Shown here: positions 10,606 to 20,356 of the stretch, piece after piece
Numbering within the stretch: the stretch's first letter is position 1
How the letters are laid out: every line of letters starts with the position of its first letter
Source of the DNA: an uncultured Methylomonas sp.
GTDB taxonomy: Bacteria; Pseudomonadota; Gammaproteobacteria; Methylococcales; Methylomonadaceae
Reading direction: 5' to 3'
Assembly (NCBI GenBank): GCA_964481455.1
Contig: CAYZUM010000001.1
Location: forward strand, 1-57,164
Length of the DNA: 57,164 nucleotides
Notes under the pieces: model-generated
What the model was told of the DNA's origin: nothing
The model's input: the letters and a program-made list of their open reading frames with translations, nothing else
Database searches by the model: none
Translations under genes and position numbers: made by a program

Positions 10606-10807
10606 GTGGCTAATTTTAAAAAAGTGTCTCGTGTAATATAAGCGAGTTTTTAAAGTGCTAGCTTAGATTATCTATGTTTTGCTTGATAATTTAAGCCAAC
10701 TTACAATATTACTCTTTGTTTAATACATGCTTATTTTATGACTTAAGGTGGAGATTCAAATACCTTTTTCCTGATAATTTAAACAGGAATGAGGCGCATG
10801 TTAGTTG

Positions 10808-11055
10808 GTAAGCGTTCAGTCCCCTCCTTAACAAGGGAATGAGAATCAAATAACGTGTGTATTCTGACGTGTCTTTTTGCTCGCCTTCTGCGTTGTGGAA
10901 ACCGTTACGTTGCCAGCTATGCGCCTGTTACCGCGCCTTGAAGGCAAGCAAAAACACTGCGCCATCATTGCACAACTTATTCAATTCCCATTCCTAAGGA
11001 GGGATTAGAAAAACTTTTTCAACCCTAGGTTTTCAAAGGGGATGTGAACGGTTAC
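10808..11055. mobile_element. Family H MITE with nested family A copy
   Basis: TIR GTAAGCGTTCA / TGAACGGTTAC; 8-bp TSD GTTAGTTG / GTTAGTTC. Confidence 0.75.
10836..10994. mobile_element. Family A MITE
   Basis: GGAATGAGAATCAAATAA...TTATTCAATTCCCATTCC with A core. Confidence 0.85.
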
Positions 11056-11087
11056 GTTAGTTCTACTGTCTGCTGATTAATCCAGCT

Positions 11088-14000
11088 TTAAGCGGCCTCT
11101 TTGGTTTTTATTATGTCCTGAATAACAGCTTGACTGTTAAGTGTCGATAAATATTCATCGACACTTGGAATATCTGCAAGCGCGTGAGTATTTTTTCCCG
11201 TCTGTTCAATAATCCAGTTAGTCGAACCGATAGAGTAAATGCTTTGTACATCACGCATCATTAGCGCCTGCTTATAATCATTTAAACGCTTATTGGCTAA
11301 GAGTGTCGCAAGTTGAGCATCATTATAATTAGCGTAGGCTCCGCGCGTTTCTTTAACTAAAGCATCTTGCAGTTTTCTCGCTTTTACCGTGATCAGCTGT
11401 TGCGCAGTAGCTTCGGTTTGCTGTGGACCGTGTGCTTGAGTTGCTGCAATTTGCGTTGCCTTATTCAATACTGCAAAACTATTAATCATCTTAAAGGCGA
11501 GAGGGCTATCTGTTTCACCATAATCAGGTGTCTGACCGGCAAATAAAACACTATTATTTGCAAAAGCTTCTTGTACCTGAATAATTTGTTGTTGTGCCTG
11601 GTCTACTGCGAGCTCCTCAATCATTACTTTACGATCAATTGTTTTAGCAATAAATTCCGCTGTCTGGGTTTTATATAGCCATAGAGGAATAGCAAATTTA
11701 AAATGCTGGCGTTCATTTTCCCAGTTATCCAGTAATTTTTGGGCAACACTGGACTCAACGTAATCAGCGTGCTGTTCTAACATGGCTAAGATAAATTGCT
11801 CATGCGCTCGTGCTGTATCACTGTCTTCATTTAAAGGTCTAATTTCGACAGAAGAAGCATCAAATAAGTGTTGCAATGTATCTTCAGGGTCATACTGATA
11901 TGCATTTCCGCCAGACATTCCATTACAGAAACCTTTACCAAAACTACCCAGGTTTAAGACAGCACCGTTGGTCATATATTCACAGGCAAAATCACCAACG
12001 CCTTCGACCACCGCCATGGCACCTGAATTACGCACGGCAAAGCGGTCTCCTGCTTCACCATTAATAAAGGTTTTACCGCCCGTTGCACCGAATAATGAGA
12101 AATTACCAACTAAAACATTCTCGCCAGGTACTTTATGCCCACCCCCTGGCGATCTAATGATAATAGTTCCGCCGCAAGATGATTTACCGACACCATCATT
12201 ACAGGTACCAGTATGTTCCATGCGCATACCGTCATTGTTAAAGGCACCGTAGCTTTGCCCCGCAGAGCCATGAGTACGTACAATCAGTGTGTCAGGTGCT
12301 AAGTAGCGCCGCTGATGCTGGTTAGTATAAACTTTGGCATGCTCAGTCTTTAGTTGATATGCCAACAGTCGTTCTATATCAATTGCAGTCTGACCACCGA
12401 CAGTCTTATGGCGGTTATTGAGTTTAAATTCAGCCCCTTCAACGATAACTTGATGTTGTCTGGCGGCTATAAAGTCAGTTTTGAATTGCTCAATGATTTT
12501 GTCATCAATGGAAAAATCAGCTTCCAGATAAACGGGGCGGGCTATATGCACAACATCAACGTAATGGAGTAATTTAGCAAAGTCCATTTGGCCAATCATG
12601 GTTTGGTGATCCATCAAATGTAATAAATCTGTTTGACCGCGTATTTCCGCGAGACTCTGGTAGCCAAGAGAGGCAAGAATTTCACGTACTTCATGAGCCA
12701 GATTCATAAAATATTGTGCTAAAACGCGTGGGTCACCTTTAAATTCTTCATGAAGGGTGGTTAAGCCTGCTGGGCAGCGGACATTACAGTTTTTTGCCAT
12801 GACGCAACGTAGCATCATCAGTGCCGCGGTACCGAACTCAAATGAATCACCGCCCAGTATGGCTGATTTAATAACATCTGAGCCATTCTGATGTGCAGCA
12901 CTACAGCGCAATATGATTTTATCACGCAAACCATTGGCAGAAAGCGCCTGATGTACTTCGGAAATGCCTATTTCAGGTGAACGGCCTGTATTTTTTAAAC
13001 TTGTTACCGCAGCGGCACCCGTTCCGCCAGTATTACCTGCGACGTTAATAACATCGGCACCTGCTTTAGCAACGCCGACAGCAATAGTGCCGATGCCTTC
13101 GGAAGAGACTAGTTTAACCACTACTCTAACGCGAGCGGCTTTGGCATCGTGAATGAGCTGGCCTAAATCTTCAATAGAATAGGTATCATGGTGTGGGGGA
13201 GGGCTGATTAATTCAACTTGAGGCGTACCACCTCGTGCTGCTGCAATCTCCACAGAGACTTTAGCGGCAGGTAGCTGTCCACCTTCGCCTGGTTTTGCAC
13301 CCTGGGCAATTTTAATCTCAATTTCTTCAATATTTAAGTCAGCAAGATAACCCGCCCAGACGCCAAAGCGGCCAGAAGCAAATTGTTTGATCTTACTGGA
13401 TCTAAGGGTATTGAAACGACTTGAATGCTCCCCCCCTTCGCCCGAATTACTCATTGCGCCAGCAATATTAGTACCTTGTGCAACCGCCTCATGAGCTTCT
13501 GCTAATAACGCTCCATGACTCATTGCGCCTGTCGCTAATGCGGCTGTAATTTCATGTGCAGCTTGTACATCACTTAGGCTGATGGCGGCGCGAGCGCTAA
13601 CAATATTGCTGAGATAATTTGCGGCAAGACTACCGGCCTCATCAATCGTAATATTAATCGCTGTCTTTGATACATTAGTCGCCAGACCCTGAGCAGCAAA
13701 ACGTGATTCTAAATGTTCTGCCAGATTTTTTAAACGCTGTTCTGAAGACTCATTGTTTAAACGAAGCTCAAAGCTTTTATCCTGCTGGGTAACCGTCAAT
13801 CCACGAATACTGTAATTAATATTCCCGTGTAGATTCTGCTTGCCTAAAATAGCATCAAATTCAGCTGTGTCCATCGCACGAGAAACATCAGCAGGGTAAC
13901 TCATTACGTCACGTAAGGCAGCTGGTCGACTATCACGCTCCTGCATCAGAGTTTTACTGAAATTACGATAGGCAGGGGTGACACCAAAACTATCAATTTG

Positions 14001-16538
14001 TTCGGGCGTACGTTTCTCATAGCCAAAATCGGTATAGGCAGTATCGCTCACTGCGGGTGATTTATGCTGATCAATATACAGAATATCTTCATCCGTCATA
14101 TTGATATATTCACGCACAGAAGTATTGCCAAAGGTGTGGCCTGCACCTTCATTCCGTTCTTTAAATAGGCCTAAGAAAGGGATATCACTTTCATTATTTA
14201 CGCTTAAGGCTTTTGCATGCCATTCAGTGGCGCTGGCTGCAATATCTGCAAAACGAACACCCCCCACAGATGAGTTGATGTTAGGGAAATATCGTTCTAG
14301 GATAGGTTCGTCGGTATCCAGGTAATTTGACTCGAAAAATTCACCGCCTATGTAACTTTCTGCAGTGCATAAGCCAAATTTACCCATGGTTTTCATCAGC
14401 GATTTTTCCACCGCTTTTTGGTAACTGTCTAGGGCGGCCTGTTGTTTATCTGTGCTATATTGAGAGATAACGCGGTTATGCACACTCAAAGGGCAAATTG
14501 CCGAAGCGCCAAAGCCCAGAATAGTGGCAACATCATGTGCACTGACGGCCTGACCCGTTTCAGCAATAAGGGATGAGTTAAAGCGTAAACCTTCTTTCAC
14601 TAAATATTGGTTTGCAGCCGAAACAAGCAGCAGGGCAGGGATTGCAGCCTGTTTTTCGCTGATGTTGATATCGCTGAGGATAATGATACCAGTGTTTTGT
14701 CTTGCTGCTTGCCCGACCAGAAGACAGGCATCCGTTAACGCCTGAATAAGGTTTTTACCGTTTTGCTCTGCATCTTCTGTGTCAGGTGCATATAAAGCAT
14801 CAATTGTCACCACGCTAACGGTAGATTGCTGGCGAATCTGAGCTAATTGAGTGCGCTGTAAAATTGGCGAATTAATGACCAATTGCTGACTATTGAGTTC
14901 TGAGAATGTGGGTTTTGCACCCAGTGCAACCCGTAAGGTCATGCCATCACTTTCGCGTAATGAATCTAGAGGCGGGTTGGTTACCTGAGCAAAGCGTTGG
15001 CTGAAGTAACGTGACATTCCACCTTCAGTGCCAGACAGTGCATTTGGAGTAATGCCGTAACCCATAGCGGATATTTTCTCTAAGCCAGTGCTTAACATAG
15101 GGTCAAGTAAGAACTTGAAGCTTTCCTGATTGAGTGAGTAGGCAGTATGCTGTTGATCTATATTAAAGGCGTGTTGATTATCCATGTCTGCCAATGCAGC
15201 GGCTTCAAGTTCATCCAGATGAATTGCACGAGCTTTTAACAGGGCATGATAATCGGTTTCTTTTGCCAGACGGTTCATGACTTGAGAGCTGTCGTATGCC
15301 TCGCCAGTGCTATGGTCAAAATAGATCATACCGCCCGCTTCAATACGTCCACGCTTTAAGACATCCTCGGAAGGAAAATCAATTTGACCGGCTTCTGACA
15401 TAACGGCCAGGTAATCAGTCGTTTCAACCGAACGTAAAGGGCGTAAGCCAAGACGATCAAGACGTGCTCCAACGCGAACGCCATCATTAAAAATCAGCGC
15501 AGCAGGGCCATCATTTTTTTCTTCATATAAACTGAAATACTCTAGCATGGCCTTTACATCAGCTGATAGAGTAGTGTCATTTTCCCAGGCAGGTGGCATC
15601 ATCGCTAAAATAGCGGTGATGATATCCAGTTTATCTTCATGAATACGGCGTGATAAGGTTTGATCTAAACGACTGGAATCAGATTGACCTAACGGAAAAA
15701 CCAGATTTTTTCCATGCTGTCTGGCAATCGCTTGCTCGCTGAGCCGATTTTTCTTATCCGTATTTAACTCACCATTATGTGCCATAAAACGGAATGGCTG
15801 AGCCATCATCGTTGCAGGAGCGGTGTTGGTAGAAAAACGCGTATGAAAAAATAGAGTGGAAATTTCGTGGTCTTTATCGTAAAGATCAGTGAAATAGGGA
15901 ACCACTTCATTTGAGTTTAAACGGCCTTTATAAACCTGAGTACGGGAACTCATGGAGAGTGGATAAAACCCATCCAACTCATGATGTGTAAACCCTTCTT
16001 CTTCGATGGATAACAGTGCTTCTTGAATAGAGTATTCGAATTCATCATGACTGGCTCCTTGTTCTAAGGATTCTGGGCGGCCAAAAATAACCTGTTTAAT
16101 GGGGAGTTGTGCCTTAATGGATGCGGCATTAAGAACGCTGTTATCCACAGGAATATCGCGCCATTTAATGATCGGTAAGCCAAATTTATGTAAATTTTTA
16201 TCGACTAAATCATGTGCAGCAGAGTCGTAATGGCTATGATCTTCAGGAAAGAAAAAGTTAGCGACACCGAATTGACCTAATTCCAGATTTTGATCTGCTG
16301 TCACTTTGCGAAAAAATTTAAGTGACAAATCAATGTTGACGCCAGCACCATCGCCAATGCCCTCTGCACTCATACCACCACGGTGAGGAATGGTGCACAA
16401 TGCTTCGTGTGATTTGTTCAGCAAATCATGTGTCTGTTTGCTCTGTTTATGAGTAATAAAGCCTACTCCGCAACTATCTTGAGAGGAATTAGCGTTATAC
16501 AACATTTGATCTTTTTTATTCAATGGGGAATTTTTCAT
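11088..16538 (-). CDS. gltB: Glutamate synthase large subunit, extended form
   Basis: Amidotransferase CGVGF, HTRFSTNT, HNGELN; FMN domain EIKIAQGAKPGEGGQLP, SPPPHHD; Fe-S CVMAKNCNVRCP; C-terminal GXGXG domain (AGDRFAVRNSGA). Confidence 0.9.
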   Translation of the reverse strand: MKNSPLNKKDQMLYNANSSQDSCGVGFITHKQSKQTHDLLNKSHEALCTIPHRGGMSAEGIGDGAGVNIDLSLKFFRKVTADQNLELGQFGVANFFFPEDHSHYDSAAHDLVDKNLHKFGLPIIKWRDIPVDNSVLNAASIKAQLPIKQVIFGRPESLEQGASHDEFEYSIQEALLSIEEEGFTHHELDGFYPLSMSSRTQVYKGRLNSNEVVPYFTDLYDKDHEISTLFFHTRFSTNTAPATMMAQPFRFMAHNGELNTDKKNRLSEQAIARQHGKNLVFPLGQSDSSRLDQTLSRRIHEDKLDIITAILAMMPPAWENDTTLSADVKAMLEYFSLYEEKNDGPAALIFNDGVRVGARLDRLGLRPLRSVETTDYLAVMSEAGQIDFPSEDVLKRGRIEAGGMIYFDHSTGEAYDSSQVMNRLAKETDYHALLKARAIHLDELEAAALADMDNQHAFNIDQQHTAYSLNQESFKFLLDPMLSTGLEKISAMGYGITPNALSGTEGGMSRYFSQRFAQVTNPPLDSLRESDGMTLRVALGAKPTFSELNSQQLVINSPILQRTQLAQIRQQSTVSVVTIDALYAPDTEDAEQNGKNLIQALTDACLLVGQAARQNTGIIILSDINISEKQAAIPALLLVSAANQYLVKEGLRFNSSLIAETGQAVSAHDVATILGFGASAICPLSVHNRVISQYSTDKQQAALDSYQKAVEKSLMKTMGKFGLCTAESYIGGEFFESNYLDTDEPILERYFPNINSSVGGVRFADIAASATEWHAKALSVNNESDIPFLGLFKERNEGAGHTFGNTSVREYINMTDEDILYIDQHKSPAVSDTAYTDFGYEKRTPEQIDSFGVTPAYRNFSKTLMQERDSRPAALRDVMSYPADVSRAMDTAEFDAILGKQNLHGNINYSIRGLTVTQQDKSFELRLNNESSEQRLKNLAEHLESRFAAQGLATNVSKTAINITIDEAGSLAANYLSNIVSARAAISLSDVQAAHEITAALATGAMSHGALLAEAHEAVAQGTNIAGAMSNSGEGGEHSSRFNTLRSSKIKQFASGRFGVWAGYLADLNIEEIEIKIAQGAKPGEGGQLPAAKVSVEIAAARGGTPQVELISPPPHHDTYSIEDLGQLIHDAKAARVRVVVKLVSSEGIGTIAVGVAKAGADVINVAGNTGGTGAAAVTSLKNTGRSPEIGISEVHQALSANGLRDKIILRCSAAHQNGSDVIKSAILGGDSFEFGTAALMMLRCVMAKNCNVRCPAGLTTLHEEFKGDPRVLAQYFMNLAHEVREILASLGYQSLAEIRGQTDLLHLMDHQTMIGQMDFAKLLHYVDVVHIARPVYLEADFSIDDKIIEQFKTDFIAARQHQVIVEGAEFKLNNRHKTVGGQTAIDIERLLAYQLKTEHAKVYTNQHQRRYLAPDTLIVRTHGSAGQSYGAFNNDGMRMEHTGTCNDGVGKSSCGGTIIIRSPGGGHKVPGENVLVGNFSLFGATGGKTFINGEAGDRFAVRNSGAMAVVEGVGDFACEYMTNGAVLNLGSFGKGFCNGMSGGNAYQYDPEDTLQHLFDASSVEIRPLNEDSDTARAHEQFILAMLEQHADYVESSVAQKLLDNWENERQHFKFAIPLWLYKTQTAEFIAKTIDRKVMIEELAVDQAQQQIIQVQEAFANNSVLFAGQTPDYGETDSPLAFKMINSFAVLNKATQIAATQAHGPQQTEATAQQLITVKARKLQDALVKETRGAYANYNDAQLATLLANKRLNDYKQALMMRDVQSIYSIGSTNWIIEQTGKNTHALADIPSVDEYLSTLNSQAVIQDIIKTKEAA

Positions 16539-16792
16539 TCATCCAACCCGCTTTGTAGCATGATATATGGTATTAACGATGCAATCAGTTATGAGGTATT
16601 TGTAGAGTGTATGAGTTGCGTTTGATTATTCGCTTGTTTGTATACATTCCAGCACCTTATGCTGATCAAAGTGACCTATAAAACCATGTTTGTTAGTAAA
16701 GTTTTTCTGTAGTGAAACCGTTAAATACTATCATGGAATAATCATACTGTCATTTTTACGAGAGTTGAATGTTATCAAATGTTGTTGACTAA

Positions 16793-17155
16793 GGAATGTG
16801 AGTGAAATAACTTGTGCATCTATAGGTGCGAATTCATTCGCACGATACTAACTGAAATATGACGCGGTCCCTTCTTATGTTGGTAGCCTCTCATGGCTAT
16901 CAACATTATGCGAGACAAATGATATTTAAAGTAACCACAGGAGTGCAATAGCTTCAGCTATTGCTATTTCGGACACGCTAAAGTGCGACACTCCTGCTCT
17001 ATGTCCCGTCTATAACTGGTAGCTTAAACTACCGATCAGGTATATAGAAATTATTGACGAGTGAGCTATCTTTCTAAGTTACTTTTGACGGGGCTGATTT
17101 ATCCGCATAATGCGAATGAATTCGCACCTACAGTGGTTCACGTTATTTTTGAGTT
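16793..17155. mobile_element. Composite: A-type arm, inverted REP pair and family G element
   Basis: Arm GGAATGTGAGTGAAATAA; REP TAGGTGCGAATTCATTCGCAC (~16823) and its inverse (~17111-17131); G copy at 16895-17024. Confidence 0.6.
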
Positions 17156-17195
17156 TAATGACATCATTTTTTGATCTAAAGTTACCTTCCTCATT

Positions 17196-17401
17196 GTGAG
17201 TTTACGTTACCAAATCACCTTGCGAATTTTTTTAATTTCCCTCTGCACCCTTATGTTAGGCGGTGGTATTGCCATTTCGCAGGCACGTAAATCAGTGAGT
17301 AATGATGTCGACTCATCAATCAGGCTGGCTTTGCAGTTGATAAAAATCAGTGAGGGTACTACGCAATCTAATCAAACTGACTGGATTTATCGCTTAAGTA
17401 C
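17196..17401 (+). pseudogene. Truncated 5' duplicate of the MoxY-like sensor kinase
   Basis: SLRYQITLRIFLISLCTLMLGGGIAISQAR...WIYRLST closely matches the N-terminus of 23506-24810; similarity ends at ~17401. Confidence 0.85.
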
Positions 17402-17530
17402 CTTAGCCTTTTTACGGCTTCTTTGATTAATCTTCTTTTCTCCAAGTCCATCATTTGTATATTTGTATATTGGGGGGCGGAGAGGATAGTATACCTAAAT
17501 CATAATCGCTGGATACGCTAGAAATTAAAC

Positions 17531-17974
17531 TTACAAATACCCAGCACTATTTTTTTTTACCCAGCGACTGTTATCATCAAGCAATATTTCTTTCTTCCAA
17601 AAGGGCACATTCGACTTTAGCTGCTCCATAATATAACGACTTGCATCAAACGCATCCCCACGGTGTACCGACCAAATAGCCACTAAGACTAAGACATCAT
17701 CTGGGTAAACATCACCAACCCGATGAATCACCATCGAATCCAATATCGCCCATTGTTCTTCTGCCTCAGTAATAACAAGCGCCAGCTGCTTTTCTGTCAT
17801 ACCCGGATAATGTTCCAGAGTCATTCCTTTAACCTTATCTCCTTCATTAAAGTCACGCATAGTCCCTATAAATAGATTAGTCGCACCGTATTTACCCGCT
17901 AATGCTGATTGTGATTTTTGATACTCCTGAACCTTTTGGAAAGGGTCAAATTCAGACGATTCTATTTTAATCAT
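17531..17974 (-). CDS. moaE: Molybdopterin synthase large subunit
   Basis: LEHYPGMTEK, IHRVG, HRGDAF, PFWKKE. Confidence 0.95.
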   Translation of the reverse strand: MIKIESSEFDPFQKVQEYQKSQSALAGKYGATNLFIGTMRDFNEGDKVKGMTLEHYPGMTEKQLALVITEAEEQWAILDSMVIHRVGDVYPDDVLVLVAIWSVHRGDAFDASRYIMEQLKSNVPFWKKEILLDDNSRWVKKNSAGYL

Positions 17975-17975
17975 T

Positions 17976-18215
17976 TTAGCCTCCCGTCACAGGAGGAAAA
18001 AAAGCTACTTCATCGCCATTAATAACCTGATGCTCTAAACCAACATATTCCATATTAACTGCCGCTAGTGTATTATCAGGCATTTTCTGTGATGAAGTCG
18101 CTTGCGACCAAACCTCCGCAACACTCATCACTTCATCAAACCCCAGGCTATCACTCTCACGACCTAGCGCTTCTTTTAAACTTGCAAAATAACGTACTTT
18201 TATTGCCACAGCCAT
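17976..18215 (-). CDS. moaD: Molybdopterin synthase sulfur carrier
   Basis: VRYFASLKE; C-terminal FFPPVTGG. Confidence 0.95.
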   Translation of the reverse strand: MAVAIKVRYFASLKEALGRESDSLGFDEVMSVAEVWSQATSSQKMPDNTLAAVNMEYVGLEHQVINGDEVAFFPPVTGG

Positions 18216-18356
18216 TCACTCTCACACTCAAAAAATAGATAATATACAGATCTTGCCAGACTTGTTATTAAAACAACAATCCTTGCCAATAAATAGGTTC
18301 ACAAAGCCAGCTTCGGAAGTGGGTACTTTAGCCCCCGCCTAGCTCAATGCGGATAA

Positions 18357-18515
18357 GGTAACTCGCAACACCCACACCCACCCATCTTGCTTGTCTTTTG
18401 GTCCGCCTTCTTATTGATAGAAATAGTGACGTAGCCAGCTATGCGCCTATTTCTATGCCTTGAAGACGAACAAAAATCCTGCGTAATATGGGTAGGTTAT
18501 TTATGGCGCGTGACC
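18357..18515. mobile_element. Family A MITE (mismatched arms)
   Basis: TAA|GGTAACTCGC...GGCGCGTGACC|TAA. Confidence 0.85.
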
Positions 18516-18713
18516 TAAAGAGTCTGTAAAAGTATTCAATAAATACAATTATTGTCTTTATTGAGCTGGAGAATGCAACAACATGTTTTTGCACTCCGAA
18601 TTATCAATACTTTCACAGCCTCTAAAGCAATTTCTTCCGTTATAATAGCGAGCCCACCCAAATGCAAAACACCAACCAAACTGAAAAACACATTATATTC
18701 AACAAGCTATAAA

Positions 18714-19199
18714 ATGACAAAACTAACACACTTCAATCAGTCAGGTGAAGCACATATGGTCGATGTTGGCCATAAGTCGGTAACACAACGCGTCGCAGTC
18801 ACAACAGGCTATATTAATATGCTACCAGACACCTTAGCATTAATCACTAGCGGTGAACATAAAAAAGGAGACGTGCTTTCCATTGCCCGTATTGCAGGTA
18901 TTATGGCCAGCAAAAAAACAGCTGATTTAATTCCTCTGTGCCACCCATTGCCCATCACTCATGTTGAAGTCAATTTTACGACGGACACCCAGCACAACCG
19001 TATCCACTGTCAGACTATCGTAAAAACAAATGGTCAGACAGGTGTAGAAATGGAAGCACTGACAGCAACGCAAATCGCTTTACTGACGATCTATGATATG
19101 TGTAAGGCTGTTGACCGTGGTATGAGTATTAATCAGGTACAGCTGGAAGAAAAGTCAGGTGGAAAATCGGGGCATTGGCAACGCGTTGCGCAGCCATAG
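18714..19199 (+). CDS. moaC: Cyclic pyranopterin monophosphate synthase
   Basis: [36 protein letters not shown]; true start ATG 18714. Confidence 0.95.
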   Translation: MTKLTHFNQSGEAHMVDVGHKSVTQRVAVTTGYINMLPDTLALITSGEHKKGDVLSIARIAGIMASKKTADLIPLCHPLPITHVEVNFTTDTQHNRIHCQTIVKTNGQTGVEMEALTATQIALLTIYDMCKAVDRGMSINQVQLEEKSGGKSGHWQRVAQP

Positions 19200-19202
19200 T
19201 CA

Positions 19203-19901
19203 GTGAATTATTTTACCGAGGCTATTATTGCAGCCACAGAGCTACTACTGCAATTTGATCCTGAAATCTACCTGATTGTCTGGACATCCTTAACAATTGC
19301 TTTAATAGCGACCACATTAGCCGCCTTGCTTGCTATCCCCATCGGCATATTGATTGCAATTAATGACTTTATCGGCAAACGTTTAATACTCCAGCTTCTG
19401 AATACACTGATGGCAATGCCGACCGTAATGATAGGACTTATTTTCTTCGGTTTACTCAGCCGCCGTGGTTTATTCGGTGAATTCGGACTACTGTACACCG
19501 AAACCGCTGTTATTATCGGAGAGGCCAGTTTAATATTTCCGATTATCATTAATATGACGGTTGTCGCAGTACAATCCGCTGACAGCCGCGTACTACCTAC
19601 CCTAAAATCGCTAGGAGCGACTCAAATCCAAATAATCATGCCATTACTTAAAGAATTACGTTACGTCATTCTTGCCGCTGTAATAACAGGCTTTGGCCGT
19701 GCTATTGGAGAAGTTGGAGCTGCTATGATGCTCGGCGGTAATATTCAAGGGACGACACGGACCATGACCACAGCTATTGCACTAGAAACCAGCAAAGGAG
19801 ACTTTGAATTAGGCTTAGCATTAGGAATAGTCTTATTGATCATCGCTTTTACCGTCAACTTTATATTGCAGCAGCTTAGTCCAGATAATCAGAGTACCTG
19901 A
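19203..19901 (+). CDS. Tungstate/molybdate ABC transporter permease (TupB-like)
   Basis: GFGRAIGEVGAAMMLGGNI...TRTMTTAIALET motif; follows moaC. Confidence 0.85.
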   Translation: MNYFTEAIIAATELLLQFDPEIYLIVWTSLTIALIATTLAALLAIPIGILIAINDFIGKRLILQLLNTLMAMPTVMIGLIFFGLLSRRGLFGEFGLLYTETAVIIGEASLIFPIIINMTVVAVQSADSRVLPTLKSLGATQIQIIMPLLKELRYVILAAVITGFGRAIGEVGAAMMLGGNIQGTTRTMTTAIALETSKGDFELGLALGIVLLIIAFTVNFILQQLSPDNQST

Positions 19902-19903
19902 CC

Positions 19904-20113
19904 TCAGCCGAATCAAATCAAAACCTTGCAGATTTTTCAGGATAATAAGGTGAGATCAAGATCGTAGACTGGGTTAGATTTTTGAGCGTAGCGAGACAAC
20001 GTAACCCAGCCTTCATTTCATTATTGAAAGTTAATTGAATTCAGGTGAGTCAACAGCAATTAGTAATATTTATTTTAGTATCACTTTATTATCCGCGAGA
20101 TCAGGTTGTCTGA
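19904..20113. repeat. Family D repeat (~210 bp) containing a REP-like hairpin
   Basis: Reverse-complement homolog at 42658-43200; TCAG...CTGA ends; internal CTGGGTTA...TAACCCAG hairpin; no TSD visible. Confidence 0.8.
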
Positions 20114-20136
20114 TAATGCTTAATCAATCCCTTTTA

Positions 20137-20350
20137 TAGCAGCGGTCTTCAGCCGCGAAATAGCTCGTAGGCCGGAATAGCATGGCACTTTCCGGCATTG
20201 TCGAATATTCTGTGATTTTGGTTTGATGTTTGTGGTAGAAAACGCTGCGCTATTTCACCCTACGAGCTAGGTTTGCAGGTTTAAACATATTCGTAACGTG
20301 CGAATGAATTCGCACCTACAGATGCGTAATTTATAACTTGCACATGACTT
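20137..20350. repeat. Cluster of GTAG-type REP hairpins
   Basis: TAGCAGCGGTCTTCAGCCGCG, GTAGGCCGGAA..TTCCGGC, GGTAGAAA..TTTCACCCTAC, GTGCGAATGAATTCGCACCTAC. Confidence 0.65.
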
Positions 20351-20356
20351 TAACTC

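Noticed and set aside
18552-18713. N-terminal extensions given by the ORF track for moaC (also DUF4240 from 33494, kinase from 24888, hisZ from 53869)
   Set aside because: Family similarity and RBS positions support the downstream starts.
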